Assembly: GCA_030390025.1 (NCBI GenBank)
Contig: CM059438.1
Span: 53,756,001-53,820,000 of the forward strand
DNA length: 64,000 nucleotides
Direction: 5' to 3'
From: Squalus acanthias
Lineage: Eukaryota
Shown here: positions 45,498 to 57,400 of the stretch, one piece after another
Layout of the letters: the number at the start of each line of letters is the position of its first letter
How positions within the stretch are numbered: position 1 is the stretch's first letter
Translations under genes and position numbers: made by a program
The notes under the pieces: generated by a model
The model's database searches: none
The model's input: the letters and a program-made list of their open reading frames with translations, nothing else
What the model was told of the DNA's origin: nothing

Positions 45498-48400
45498 GTG
45501 AGTGTGTGCGGTGTGAGTGTGTGCGCGGTGTGAGTGTGCGCGGTGTGAGTGTGTGCGGTGTGAGTGTGTGTGGTGTGAGTGTGTGTGTGGTGTGAGTGTG
45601 TGTGCGGTGTGAGTGTGTGCGGTGTGAGTGTGTGTGCGGTGTGAGTGTGTGTGCGGTGTGAGTGTGTGTGCGGTGTGAGTGTGTGCGGTGTGAGTGTGTG
45701 CGGTGTGAGTGTGTGCGGTGTGAGTGTGTGCGGTGTGAGTGTGTGTGCGGTGTGAGTGTGTGTGGTGTGAGTGTGTGCGGTGTGAGTGTGTGTGCGGTGT
45801 GAGTGTGTGCGGTGTGAGTGTATGTACGGTGTGAGTGTGTGCGGTGTGAGTGTGTGTGCGGTGTGAGTGTGTGTGCGGTGTGAGTGTGTGTGCGGTGTGA
45901 GTGTGTGCGGTGTGAGTGAGTGTGCGGTGTGAGTGTGTGCGGTGTGAGTGTGTGCGGTGTGAGTGAGTGTGCGGTGTGAGTGTGTGTGCGGTGTGAGTGT
46001 GTGCGGTGTGAGTGTGTGTGCGGTGTGAGTGTGTACGGTGTGAGTGTGTGCGGTGTGAGTGTGTGCGGTGTGAGTGTGTGTGCGGTGTGAGTGTGTGCGG
46101 TGTGAGTGTGTGTGCGGTGTGAGTGTGTGCGGTGTGAGTGTGTGCGGTGTGAGTGTGTGCGGTGTGAGTGTGTGCGGTGTGAGTGTGTGCGGTGTGAGTG
46201 TGTGTGCGGTGTGAGTGTGTGCGGTGTGAGTGTGTGCGCGGTGTGAGTGTGTGTGCGGTGTGAGTGTGTGTGCGGTGTGACTGTGTGCGGTGTGAGTGTG
46301 TGCGGTGTGAGTGTGTGCGGTGTGAGTGTGTGCAGTGTGAGTGTGTGCGGTGTGAGTGTGTGCGGTGTGAGTGTGTGCAGTGTGAGTGTGTGCGGTGTGA
46401 GTGTGTGCAGTGTGAGTGTGTGTGCGGTGTGAGTGTGTGTGCGTGGTGTGAGTGTGTGTGCGTGGTGTGAGTGTGTGCGGTGTGAGTGTGTGCGGTGTGA
46501 GTGTGTGCGGTGTGAGTGTGTGCAGTGTGAGTGTGTGCGGTGTGAGTGTGTGCGGTGTGAGTGTGTGCGGTGTGAGTGTGTGCGGTGTGAGTGTGTGCGG
46601 TGTGAGTGTGTGCGGTGTGAGTGTGTGCGGTGTGAGTGTGTGCGGTGTGAGTGTGTGCGGTGTGAGTGTGTGCAGTGTGAGTGTGTGTGCGGTGTGAGTG
46701 TGTGCGGTGTGAGTGTGTGCGGTGTGAGTGTGTGCGGTGTGAGTGTGTGCGGTGTGAGTGTGTGCAGTGTGAGTGTGTGTGCGGTGTGTGTGTGTGAGGT
46801 GTGAGTGTGTGCGGTGTGTGTGTGTGTGCGTGGTGTGAGTGTGTGTGTGGTGTGTGTGTGTGAGGTGTGAGTGTGTGCGGTGTGTGTGTGTGTGCGTGGT
46901 GTGAGTGTGTGTGTGGTGTGTGTGTGTGAGGTGTGAGTGTGTGCGGTGTGTGTGTGTGCGGTGTGAGTGTGTGTGCGGTGTGAGTGTGTGCGGTGTGAGT
47001 GTGTGTGTGGTGTGTGTGTGTGAGGTGTGAGTGTGTGCGGTGTGTGTGTGTGCGGTGTGAGTGTGTGTGCGGTGTGAGTGTGTGCGGTGTGAGTGTGTAC
47101 GGTGTGAGTGTGTGTGCGGTGTGAGTGTGTGCGGTGTGAGTGTGTGCGGTGTGAGTGTGTGCGCGGTGTGAGTGTGTGCGGTGTGAGTGTGTGCGCGGTG
47201 TGAGTGTGTGCGGTGTGAGTGTGTGCGGTATGAGTGTGTGCGGTGTGAGTGTGTGCGCGGTGTGAGTGTGCGGTGTGAGTGTGTGCGGTGTGAGTGTGCG
47301 CGGTGTGAGTGTGTGTGTGGTGTGAGTGTGTGCGGTGTGAGTGTGTGTGCGGTGTGAGTGTGTGTGCGGTGTGAGTGTGTGTGCGGTGTGAGTTGTGTGC
47401 GGTGTGAGTGTGTGTGCGGTGTGAGTGTGTGCGGTGTGAGTGTGTGCGGTGTGAGTGTGTGCGGTGTGAGTGTGTGTGCGGTGTGAGTGTGTGTGGTGTG
47501 AGTGTGTGCGGTGTGAGTGTGTGTGCGGTGTGAGTGTGTGCGGTGTGAGTGTGTGCGGTGTGAGTGTGTACGGTGTGAGTGTGTGTGCGGTGTGAGTGTG
47601 TGTGCGGTGTGAGTGTGTGCGGTGTGAGTGTGTGCGGTGTGAGTGTGTGCGGTGTGAGTGTGTGTGCGGTGTGAGTGTGTGCGGTGTGAGTGTGTGCGGT
47701 GTGAGTGTGTGCGGTGTGAGTGTGTACGGTGTGAGTGTGTGTGCGGTGTGAGTGTGTGTGCGGTGTGAGTGTGTGCGGTGTGAGTGTGTGCGGTGTGAGT
47801 GTGTGCGGTGTGAGTGTGTGCGGTGTGAGTGTGTGTGCGGTGTGAGTGTGTGCGGTGTGAGTGTGTGTGCGGTGTGAGTGTGTGTGCGGTGTGAGTGTGT
47901 GCGGTGTGAGTGTGTGTGCGGTGTGAGTGTGTGCGGTGTGAGTGAGTGCGGTGTGAGTGTGTGCGCGGTGTGAGTGTGTGCGGTGTGAGTGTGTGCGGTG
48001 TGAGTGTGTGCGCGGTGTGAGTGTGTGTGCGGTGTGAGTGTGTGCGGTGTGAGTGTGTGTGCGGTGTGAGTGTGTGTGGTGTGAGTGAGTGTGTGGTGTG
48101 AGTGTGTGCGGTGTGAGTGTGTGTGCGGTGTGAGTGTGTGTGCGGTGTGAGTGTGTGTGCGGTGTGAGTGTGTGCGGTGTGAGTGTGTGCGCGGTGTGAG
48201 TGTGTGCGGTGTGAGTGTGTGTGCGGTGTGAGTGTGTGTGTGTGAGTGAGTGTGTGGTGTGAGTGTGTGTGCGGTGTGAGTGTGTGCGGTGTGAGTGTGT
48301 GTGCGGTGTGAGTGAGTGTGTGGTGTGAGTGTGTGCGGTGTGAGTGTGTGTGCGGTGTGAGTGTGTGTGCGGTGTGAGTGTGTGCGGTGTGAGTGTGTGC

Positions 48401-51400
48401 GCGGTGTGAGTGTGTGCGCGGTGTGAGTGTGTGCGGTGTGAGTGTGTGTGCAGTGTGAGTGTGTGCGCGGTGTGAGTGTGTGCGGTGTGAGTGTGTGCGG
48501 TATGAGTGTGTGTGCGGTGTGAGTGTGTGCGGTGTGAGTGTGTGTGCGGTGTGAGCGTGTGTGCGGTGTGAGTGTGTGCGCGGTGTGAGTGTGTGCGGTG
48601 TGAGTGAGTGTGCGGTGTGAGTGTGTGCGGTGTGAGTGTGAGTGTGTGTGGTGTGAGTGAGTGTGCGGTGTGAGTGTGCGCGGTGTGAGTGTGAGTGTGT
48701 GTGGTGTGAGTGTGTGCGGTGTGAGTGTGTGTGCGGTGTGAGTGTGTGCGGTGTGAGTGTGTGTGCGGTGTGAGTGTGTGCGGTGTGAGTGTGTGTGCGG
48801 TGTGAGTGTGTGCGGTGTGAGTGTGTGTGGTGTGAGTGTGTGTGCGGTGTGAGTGTGTGTGTGGTGTGAGTGTGTGGCGGTGTGAGTGTGTGCGGTGTGA
48901 GTGTGTGTGCGGTGTGAGTGTGTGTGCGGTGTGAGTGTGTGTGCGGTGTGAGTGTGTGCGGTGTGAGTGTGTGTGCGGTGTGAGTGTGTGCGGTGTGAGT
49001 GTGTGCGCGGTGTGAGTGTGCGCGGTGTGAGTGTGTGTGCGGTGTGAGTGTGTGCGGTGTGAGTGTGCGCGGTGTGAGTGTGTGCGGTGTGAGTGTCTGC
49101 GCGGTGTGAGTGTGTGTGCGGTGTGAGTGTGTGCGGTGTGAGTGAGTGTGCGGTGTGAGTGTGTGCGGTGTGAGTGAGTGTGCGGTGTGAGTGTGTGTGC
49201 GGTGTGAGTGTGTGTGCGGTGTGAGTGTGTGCGGTGTGAGTGTGTGCGCGGTGTGAGTGTGTGTGCGGTGTGAGTGTTTGCGGTGTGAGTGAGTGTGCGG
49301 TGTGAGTGTGTGCGGTGTGAGTGAGTGTGCGGTGTGAGTGTGTGTGCGGTGTGAGTGTGTGTGCGGTGTGAGTGTGTGCGGTGTGAGTGTGTGCGCGGTG
49401 TGAGTGTGTGTGCGGTGTGAGTGTTTGCGGTGTGAGTGAGTGTGCGGTGTGAGTGTGTGCGGTGTGAGTGAGTGTGCGGTGTGAGTGTGTGTGCGGTGTG
49501 AGTGTGTGCGGTGTGAGTGAGTGTGCGGTGTGAGTGTGTGTGCGGTGTGAGAGTGTGCGGTGTGAGTGTGTGTGCGGTGTGAGTGTGTGCGGTGTGAGTG
49601 TGTGCGGTGTGAGTGTGTGCGCGGTGTGAGTGTGTGTGCGGTGTGAGTGTGTGTGCGGTGTGAGTGTGTGTGCGGTGTGAGTGTGTGTGCGGTGTGAGTG
49701 TGTGTGCGGTGTGAGTGTGTGCGGTGTGAGTGAGTGTGCGGTGTGAGTGTGTGCGGTGTGAGTGAGTGTGCGGTGTGAGTGTGTGCGGTGTGAGTGTGTG
49801 CGCGGTGTGAGTGTGTGCGGTGTGAGTGAGTGTGCGGTGTGAGTGTGTGCGGTGTGAGTGTGTGTGCGGTGTGAGTGTGTGCGGTGTGAGTGTGTGCGCG
49901 GTGTGAGTGTGTGCGGTGTGAGTGAGTGTGCGGTGTGAGTGTGTGTGCGGTGTGAGTGTGTGCAGTGTGAGTGAGTGTGCGGTGTGAGTGTGTGTGCGGT
50001 GTGAGTGTGTGTGCGGTGTGAGTGTGTGTGCGGTGTGAGTGTGTGCGGTGTGAGTGTGTGTGCGGTGTGAGTGTGTGCGGTGTGAGTGTGTGCGCGGTGT
50101 GAGTGTGTGTGCGGTGTGAGTGTGTGCGGTGTGAGTGTGTGTGTGGTGTGAGTGTGTGTGCGGTGTGACTGTGTGTGCGGTGTGAGTGTGTGTGCGGTGT
50201 GAGTGTGTGTGCGTGGTGTGAGTGTGTGTGCGTGGTGTGAGTGTGTGTGCGGTGTGAGTGTGTGTGCGGTGTGAGTGTGTGCGGTGTGAGTGTGTGTGCG
50301 GTGTGAGTGTGTGCGGTGTGAGTGTATGCGGTGTGAGTGTGTGCGGTGTGAGTGTGTGTGCGGTGTGAGTGTGTGCGGTGTGAGTGTGTGTGCGGTGTGA
50401 GTGTGTGTGCGTGGTGTGAGTGTGTGTGCGGTGTGAGTGTGTGTGCGGTGTGAGTGTGTGCGGTGTGAGTGTGTGTGCGGTGTGAGTGTGTGCGGTGTGA
50501 GTGTGTGCGGTGTGAGTGTGTGCGGTGTGAGTGTGTGTGCGGTGTGAGTGTGTGTGCGGTGTGAGTGTGTGTGCGGTGTGAGTGTGTGCGGTGTGAGTGT
50601 GTGTGCGGTGTGAGTGTGTGCGGTGTGAGTGTGTGCGGTGTGAGTGTGCGCGGTGTGAGTGTGTGTGCGGTGTGAGTGTGTGCGGTGTGAGTGTGTGCGG
50701 TGTGAGTGTGTGCGGTGTGAGTGTGTGTGCGGTGTGAGTGTGTGCGGTGTGAGTGTGTGTGCGGTGTGAGTGTGTGTGCGGTGTGAGTGTGTGTGCGGTG
50801 TGAGTGTGTGTGCGTGGTGTGAGTGTGTGTGCGGTGTGAGTGTGTGCGGTGTGAGTGTGTGTGCGGTGTGAGTATGTGCGGTGTGAGTGTGTGTGTGGTG
50901 TGAGTGTGAGCGCGGTGTGAGTGTGTGTGCGGTGTGAGTGTGTGTGCGGTGTGAGTGTGTGCGGTGTGAGTTTGTGTGCGGTGTGAGTATGTGCGGTGTG
51001 AGTGTGTGTGTGGTGTGAGTGTGAGCGCAGTGTGAGTGTGTGTGCGGTGTGAGTGTGTGCGGTGTGAGTGTGTGTGCGGTGTGAGTGTGTGCGGTGTGAG
51101 TGTGTGTGCGGTGTGAGTGTGTGCGGTGTGAGTGTGTGCGCGGTGTGAGTGTGTGTGCGGTGTGAGTGTGCGTGGTGTGAGTGTGTGTGCGGTGTGAGTG
51201 TGTGCGGTGTGAGTGTGTGTGCGGTGTGAGTGTGTGCGGTGTGAGTGTGTGCGGTGTGAGTGTGTGCGCGGTGTGAGTGTGTGCGGTGTGAGTGTGTGTG
51301 TGGTGTGAGTGTGTGCGGTGTGAGTGTGTGTGTGGTGTGAGTGTGTGTGCGGTGTGAGTGTGTGTGTGGTGTGAGTGAGTGTGCGGTGTGAGTGTGTGTG

Positions 51401-54400
51401 TGGTGTGAGTGTGTGTGCGGTGTGAGTGTGTGCGGTGTGAGTGTGTGCGGTGTGAGTGTGTGTGCGGTGTGAGTGTGTGCGGTGTGAGTGTGTGCGGTGT
51501 GAGTGTGTGCGGTGTGAGTGTGTGCGGTGTGAGCGTGTGTGCGGTGTGAGTGTGTGCGGTGTGAGTGTGTGCGGTGTGAGTGTGTGCGCGGTGTGAGTGT
51601 GTGCGGTGTGAGTGTGTGCGCGGTGTGAGTGTGTGTGTGGTGTGAGTGTGTGCGGTGTGAGTGTGTGCGGTGTGAGCGTGTGTGCGGTGTGAGTGTGTGT
51701 GCGGTGTGAGTGTGTGCGGTGTGAGTGTGTGTGCGGTGTGAGTGTGTACGGTGTGAGTGTGTGTGCGGTGTGAGTGTGTGCGGTGTGAGTGTGTGCGGTG
51801 TGAGTGTGTGCGGTGTGAGTGTGTGCGGTGTGAGCGTGTGTGCGGTGTGAGTGTGTGTGCGGTGTGAGTGTGTGCGGTGTGAGTGTGTTTGCGGTGTGAG
51901 TGTGTGTGCGGTGTGAGTGTGTGTGCGGTGTGAGTGTGTGTGCGGTGTGAGTGTGTGTGAGGTGTGAGTGTGTGCGGTGTGAGTGTGTGTGCGTGGTGTG
52001 AGTGTGTGTGCGGTGTGAGTGTGTGTGCGGTGTGAGTGTGTGCGGTGTGAGTGTGTGTGCGGTGTGAGTATGTGTGCGGTGTGAGTGTGTGTGCGGTGTG
52101 AGTGTGTGCGGTGTGAGTGTGTGTGCGGTGTGAGTATGTGCGGTGTGAGTGTGTGTGCGGTGTGAGTGTGTGTGCGGTGTGAGTGTGTGCGGTGTGAGTG
52201 TGTGTGCGTGGTGTGAGTGTGTGTGCGGTGTGAGTGTGTGTGCGGTGTGAGTGTGTGCGGTGTGAGTGTGTGTGCGGTGTGAGTATGTGCGGTGTGAGTG
52301 TGTGTGTGGTGTGAGTGTGAGCGCGGTGTGAGTGTGTGTGCGGTGTGAGTGTGTGTGCGGTGTGAGTGTGTGCGGTGTGAGTGTGTGTGCGGTGTGAGTA
52401 TGTGCGGTGTGAGTGTGTGTGTGGTGTGAGTGTGAGCACAGTGTGAGTGTGTGTGCGGTGTGAGTGTGTGCGGTGTGAGTGTGTGTGCAGTGTGAGTGTG
52501 TGTGGTGTGAGTGTGTGCGGTGTGAGTGTGTGCGGTGTGAGTGTGTGTGCAGTGTGAGTGTGTGTGGTGTGAGTGTGTGCGGTGTGAGTGTGTGCGGTGT
52601 GAGTGTGTGTGCAGTGTGAGTGTGTGTGGTGTGAGTGTGTGTGTGGTGTGAGTGTGTGTGCGGTGTGAGTGTGTGCGGTGTGAGTGTGTGTGCGGTGTGA
52701 GTGTGTGTGCGGTGTGAGTGTGTGCGCGGTGTGAGTGTGTGTGCGGCGTGAATGTGTGCGCGGTGTGAGTGTGTGCGGTGTGAGTGTGTGTGCGGTGTGA
52801 GTGTGTGTGGTGTGAGTGTGTGCGGTGTGAGTGTGTGCGGTGTGAGTGTGTGTGCGGTGTGAGTGTGTGTGCGGTGTGAGTGTGTGCGGTGTGAGTGTGT
52901 GTGCGGTGTGAGTGTGTGTGTGGTGTGAGTGTGTGCGCGGTGTGAGTGTGTGCGGTGTGAGTGTGTGCGGTGTGAGTGTGTGTGTGGTGTGAGTGTGTGC
53001 GGTGTGAGTGTGTGCGGTGTGAGTGTGTGTGTGGTGTGAGTGTGTGCGGTGTGAGTGTGTGTGTGGTGTGAGTGTGTGCGGTGTGAGTGTGTGCGGTGTG
53101 AGTGTGTCTGCGGTGTGAGTGTGTGCGCGGTGTGAGTGTGTGCGGTGTGAGTGTGTGCGGTGTGAGTGTGTGTGGTGTGAGTGTGTGTGTGGTGTGAGTG
53201 TGTGTGCGGTGTGAGTGTGTGTGGTGTGAGTGTGTGCGCGGTGTGAGTGTGTGCGGTGTGAGTGTGTGCGGTGTGAGTGTGTGTGCGGTGTGAGTGTGTG
53301 TGCGGTGTGAGTGTGTGCGCGGTGTGAGTGTGTGTGCGGTGTGAATGTGTGCGCGGTGTGAGTGTGTGCGGTGTGAGTGTGTGCGGTGTGAGTGTGTGTG
53401 CGGTGTGAGTGTGTGTGCGGTGTGAGTGTGTGCGCGGTGTGAGTGTGTGCGGTGTGAGTGTGTGTGTGGTGTGAGTGTGTGCGGTGTGAGTGTGTGTGCG
53501 GTGTGAGTGTGTGTGTGGTGTGAGTGTGTGTGCGGTGTGAGTGTGTGCGGTGTGAGTGTGTGCGCGGTGTGAGTGTGTGTGTGGTGTGAGTGTGTGCGGT
53601 GTGAGTGTGTGCGGTGTGAGCGTGTGTGGTGTGAGTGTGTGCGCGGTGTGAGTGTGTGTGCGGTGTGAGCGTGTGTGGTGTGAGCGTGTGCGGTGTGAGT
53701 GTGTACGGTGTGAGTGTGTGTGCGGTGTGAGTGTGTGCGGTGTGAGCGTGTGTGCGGTGTGAGCGTGTGTGCGGTGTGAGTGTGTGCGGTGTGAGTGTGT
53801 GTGCGGTGTGAGTGTGTGTGCGGTGTGAGTGTGTGCGGTGTGTGTGTGTGCGGTGTGAGTGTGTGTGCGGTGTGAGTGTGTGCGGTGTGAGTGTGTGCGC
53901 GGTGTGAGTGTGTGCGGTGTGAGTGTGTGTGCGGTGTGAGTGTGTGTGCGGTGTGAGTGTGTGCGGTGTGAGTGTGTGTGCGGTGTGAGTGTGTGTGGCG
54001 TGAGTGTGTGCGGTGTGAGTGTGTGTGCGGTGTGAGTGTGTGCGGTGTGAGTGTGTGCGGTGTGAGTGTGTGCGCGGTGTGAGTGTGTGCGGTGTGTGTG
54101 TGTGCATGGTGTGAGTGTGAGTGCGGTGTGAGTGTGTGTGTGGTGTGAGTGTGTGTGTGGTGTGAGTGTGTGTGCGGTGTGAGTGTGTGCGGTGTGAGTG
54201 TGTGCGGTGTGAGTGTGTGTGCGGTGTGAGTGTGTGCGGTGTGAGTGTGTGCGGTGTGAGTGTGTGTGTGGTGTGAGTGTGTGTGCGGTGTGAGTGTGTG
54301 CGGTGTGAGTGTGTGTGCGGTGTGAGTGTGAGGGCGGTGTGAGTGTGTGCGGTGTGAGTGAGTGTGTGGTGTGAGTGTGTGTGGTGTGAGTGTGTGTGCG

Positions 54401-57400
54401 GTGTGAGTGTGTGCGGTGTGAGTGTGTGCGGTGTGAGTGTGTGTGCGGTGTGAGTGTGTGTGCGGTGTGAGTGTGTGCGGTGTGAGTGTGTGCGGTGTGA
54501 GTGTGTGCGGTGTGAGTGTGTGTGCGGTGTGAGTGTGTGCGGTGTGAGTGTGTGTGCGGTGTGAGTGTGTGTGCGGTGTGAGTGTGTGCGGTGTGAGTGT
54601 GTGCGGTGTGAGTGTGTGTGCGGTGTGAGTGTGTGTGGTGTGAGTGTGTGCGGTGTGAGTGTGTGTGCGGTGTGAGTGTGTGCGGTGTGAGCGTGTGTGT
54701 GGTGTGAGTGTGTGTGTGGTGTGAGTGTGTGCGGTGTGAGTGTGTGTGCGGTGTGAGTGTGTGTGCGGTGTGAGTGTGTGCGGTGTGAGTGTGTGTGCGG
54801 TGTGAGTGTGTGCGGTGTGAGTGTGTGTGCGGTGTGAGTGTGTGCGGTGTGAGTGTGTACGGTGTGAGTGTGTGTGCGGTGTGAGTGTGTGTGCGGTGTG
54901 AGTGTGTGCGGTGTGAGTGTGTGCGGTGTGAGTGTGTGCGGTGTGAGTGTGTGCGCGGTGTGAGTGTGTGTGCGGTGTGAGTGTGTGTGCGGTGTGAGTG
55001 TGTGTGCGGTGTGAGTGTGTGCGGTGTGAGTGTGTGTGCGGTGTGAGTGTGTGTGCGGTGTGAGTGTGTGTGCGGTGTGAGTGTGTGCGGTGTGAGTGTG
55101 TGTGCGGTGTGAGTGTGTGCGCGGTGTGAGTGTGTGTGGTGTGAGTGTGTGCGGTGTGAGTGTGTGCGGTGTGAGTGTGTGCGGTGTGAGTGTGTGTGCG
55201 GTGTGAGTGTGTGTGCGGTGTGAGTGTGTGCGGTGTGAGTGTGTGCGGTGTGAGTGTGTGTGCGATATGAGTGTGTGCGGTGTGAGTGTGTGTGCGGTGT
55301 GACTGTGTGCGGTGTGAGTGTGTGCGGTGTGAGTGTGTGTGCGATATGAGTGTGTGCGGTGTGAGTGAGTGTGCGGTGTGAGTGTGTGTGCGGTGTGAGT
55401 GTGTGCAGTGTGAGTGAGTGTGCGGTGTGAGTGTGTGCGGTGTGAGTGTGTGTGCGGTGTGAGTGAGTGTGCGGTGTGAGTGTGCGCGGTGTGAGTGTGA
55501 GTGTGTGTGGTGTGAGTGTGTGCGGTGTGAGTGTGTGTGCGGTGTGAGTGTGTGTGCGGTGTGAGTGTGTGCGGTGTGAGTGTGTGCGGTGTGAGTGTGT
55601 GTGCGATATGAGTGTGTGCGGTGTGAGTGTGTGTGCGGTGTGACTGTGTGCGGTGTGAGTGTGTGCGGTGTGAGTGTGTGTGCGATATGAGTGTGTGCGG
55701 TGTGAGTGTGTGTGCGGTGTGAGTGTGTGTGCGGTGTGAGTGTGTGTGCGGTGTGAGTGTGTGCAGTGTGAGTGAGTGTGCGGTGTGAGTGTGTGCGGTG
55801 TGAGTGTGTGTGCGGTGTGAGTGAGTGTGCGGTGTGAGTGTGCGCGGTGTGAGTGTGAGTGTGTGTGGTGTGAGTGTGTGCGGTGTGAGTGTGTGCGGTG
55901 TGAGTGTGTGTGCGGTGTGAGTGTGTGCGGTGTGAGTATGTGTGCGGTGTGAGTGTGTGTGGTGTGAGTGTGTGCGCGGTGTGAGTGTGTGTGCGGTGTG
56001 AGTGTGTGCGGTGTGAGTGTGTGCGCGGTGTGAGTGTGTGTGCGGTGTGAGTGTGTGCGGTGTGAGTGAGTGTGCGGTGTGAGTGTGTGTGCGGTGTGAG
56101 TGTGTGCGCGATGTGAGTGTGTGTGCGGTGTGAGTGTGTGTGCGGTGTGAGTGTGTGTGCGGTGTGAGTGTGTGCGGTGTGAGTGTGTGCGGTGTGAGTG
56201 TGTGTGCGGTGTGAGTGTGTGCGGTGTGAGTGTGTGCGCGGTGTGAGTGTGTGTGTGGTGTGAGTGTGTGCGGTGTGAGTGTGTGCGGTGTGAGTGTGTG
56301 TGCGGTGTGAGTGTGTGTGTGGTGTGAGTGTGTGCGGTGTGAGTGTGTGCGGTGTGAGTGTGTGTGCGGTGTGAGTGTGTGTGCGGTGTGAGTGTGTGCG
56401 GTGTGAGTGTGTGTGGTGTGAGTGTGTGCGCAGTGTGAGTGTGTGTGCGGTGTGAGTGTGTGTGCGGTGTGAGTGTGTGTGCGGTGTGAGTGTGTGCGCA
56501 GTGTGAGTGTGTGAGGTGTGAGTGTGCGCGGTGTGAGTGTGTGTGGTGTGAGTGTGTGCGGTGTGAGTGTGTGTGCGGTGTGAGTGTGTGTGGTGTGAGT
56601 GTGTGCGGTGTGAGTGTGTGTGGTGTGAGTGTGTGCGGTGTGGGTGTGAGTGTTTGTGCGGTGTGAGTGTGTGTGCGGTGTGAGTGTGTGTGCGGTGTGA
56701 GTGTGTGCGGTGTGAGTGTGTGCGCGGTGTGAGTGTGTGCGGTGTGAGTGTGTGTGCGGTGTGAGTGTGTGCGCGGTGTGAGTGTGTGCGGTGTGAGTGT
56801 GTGCGGTGTGAGTGAGTGTGCGGTGTGAGTGTGTGTGCGGTGTGAGTGTGTGTGCGGTGTGAGTGTGTGCGGTGTGAGTGTGTGCGGTGTGAGTGAGTGT
56901 GCGGTGTGAGTGTGTGTGCGGTGTGAGTGTGTGTGCGGTGTGAGTGTGTGTGCGGTGTGAGTGTGTGCGGTGTGAGTGTGTGTGCGGTGTGAGTGTGTGT
57001 GCGGTGTGAGTGTGTGCGGTGTGAGTGTGTGCGCGGTGTGAGTGTGTGCGGTGTGAGTGTGTGTGCGGTGTGAGTGTGTGCGCGGTGTGAGTGTGTGTGT
57101 GGTGTGAGTGTGTGCGCGGTGTGAGTGTGTGCGCGGTGTGAGTGTGTGTGCGGTGTGAGTGTGTGCGCGGTGTGAGTGTGTGTGCGGTGTGAGTGTGTGT
57201 GCGGTGTGAGTGTGTGTGCGGTGTGAGTGTGTGTGCGGTGTGAGTGTGTGCGCGGTGTTGGTGTGTGCGGTGTGAGTGTGTGCAGTGTGAGTGTGTGTGC
57301 GGTGTGAGTGTGTGCAGTGTGAGTGTGTGCAGTGTGAGTGTGTGCAGTGTGAGTGTGTGTGGTGTGAGTGTGTGCGGTGTGAGTGTGTGTGCGGTGTGAG

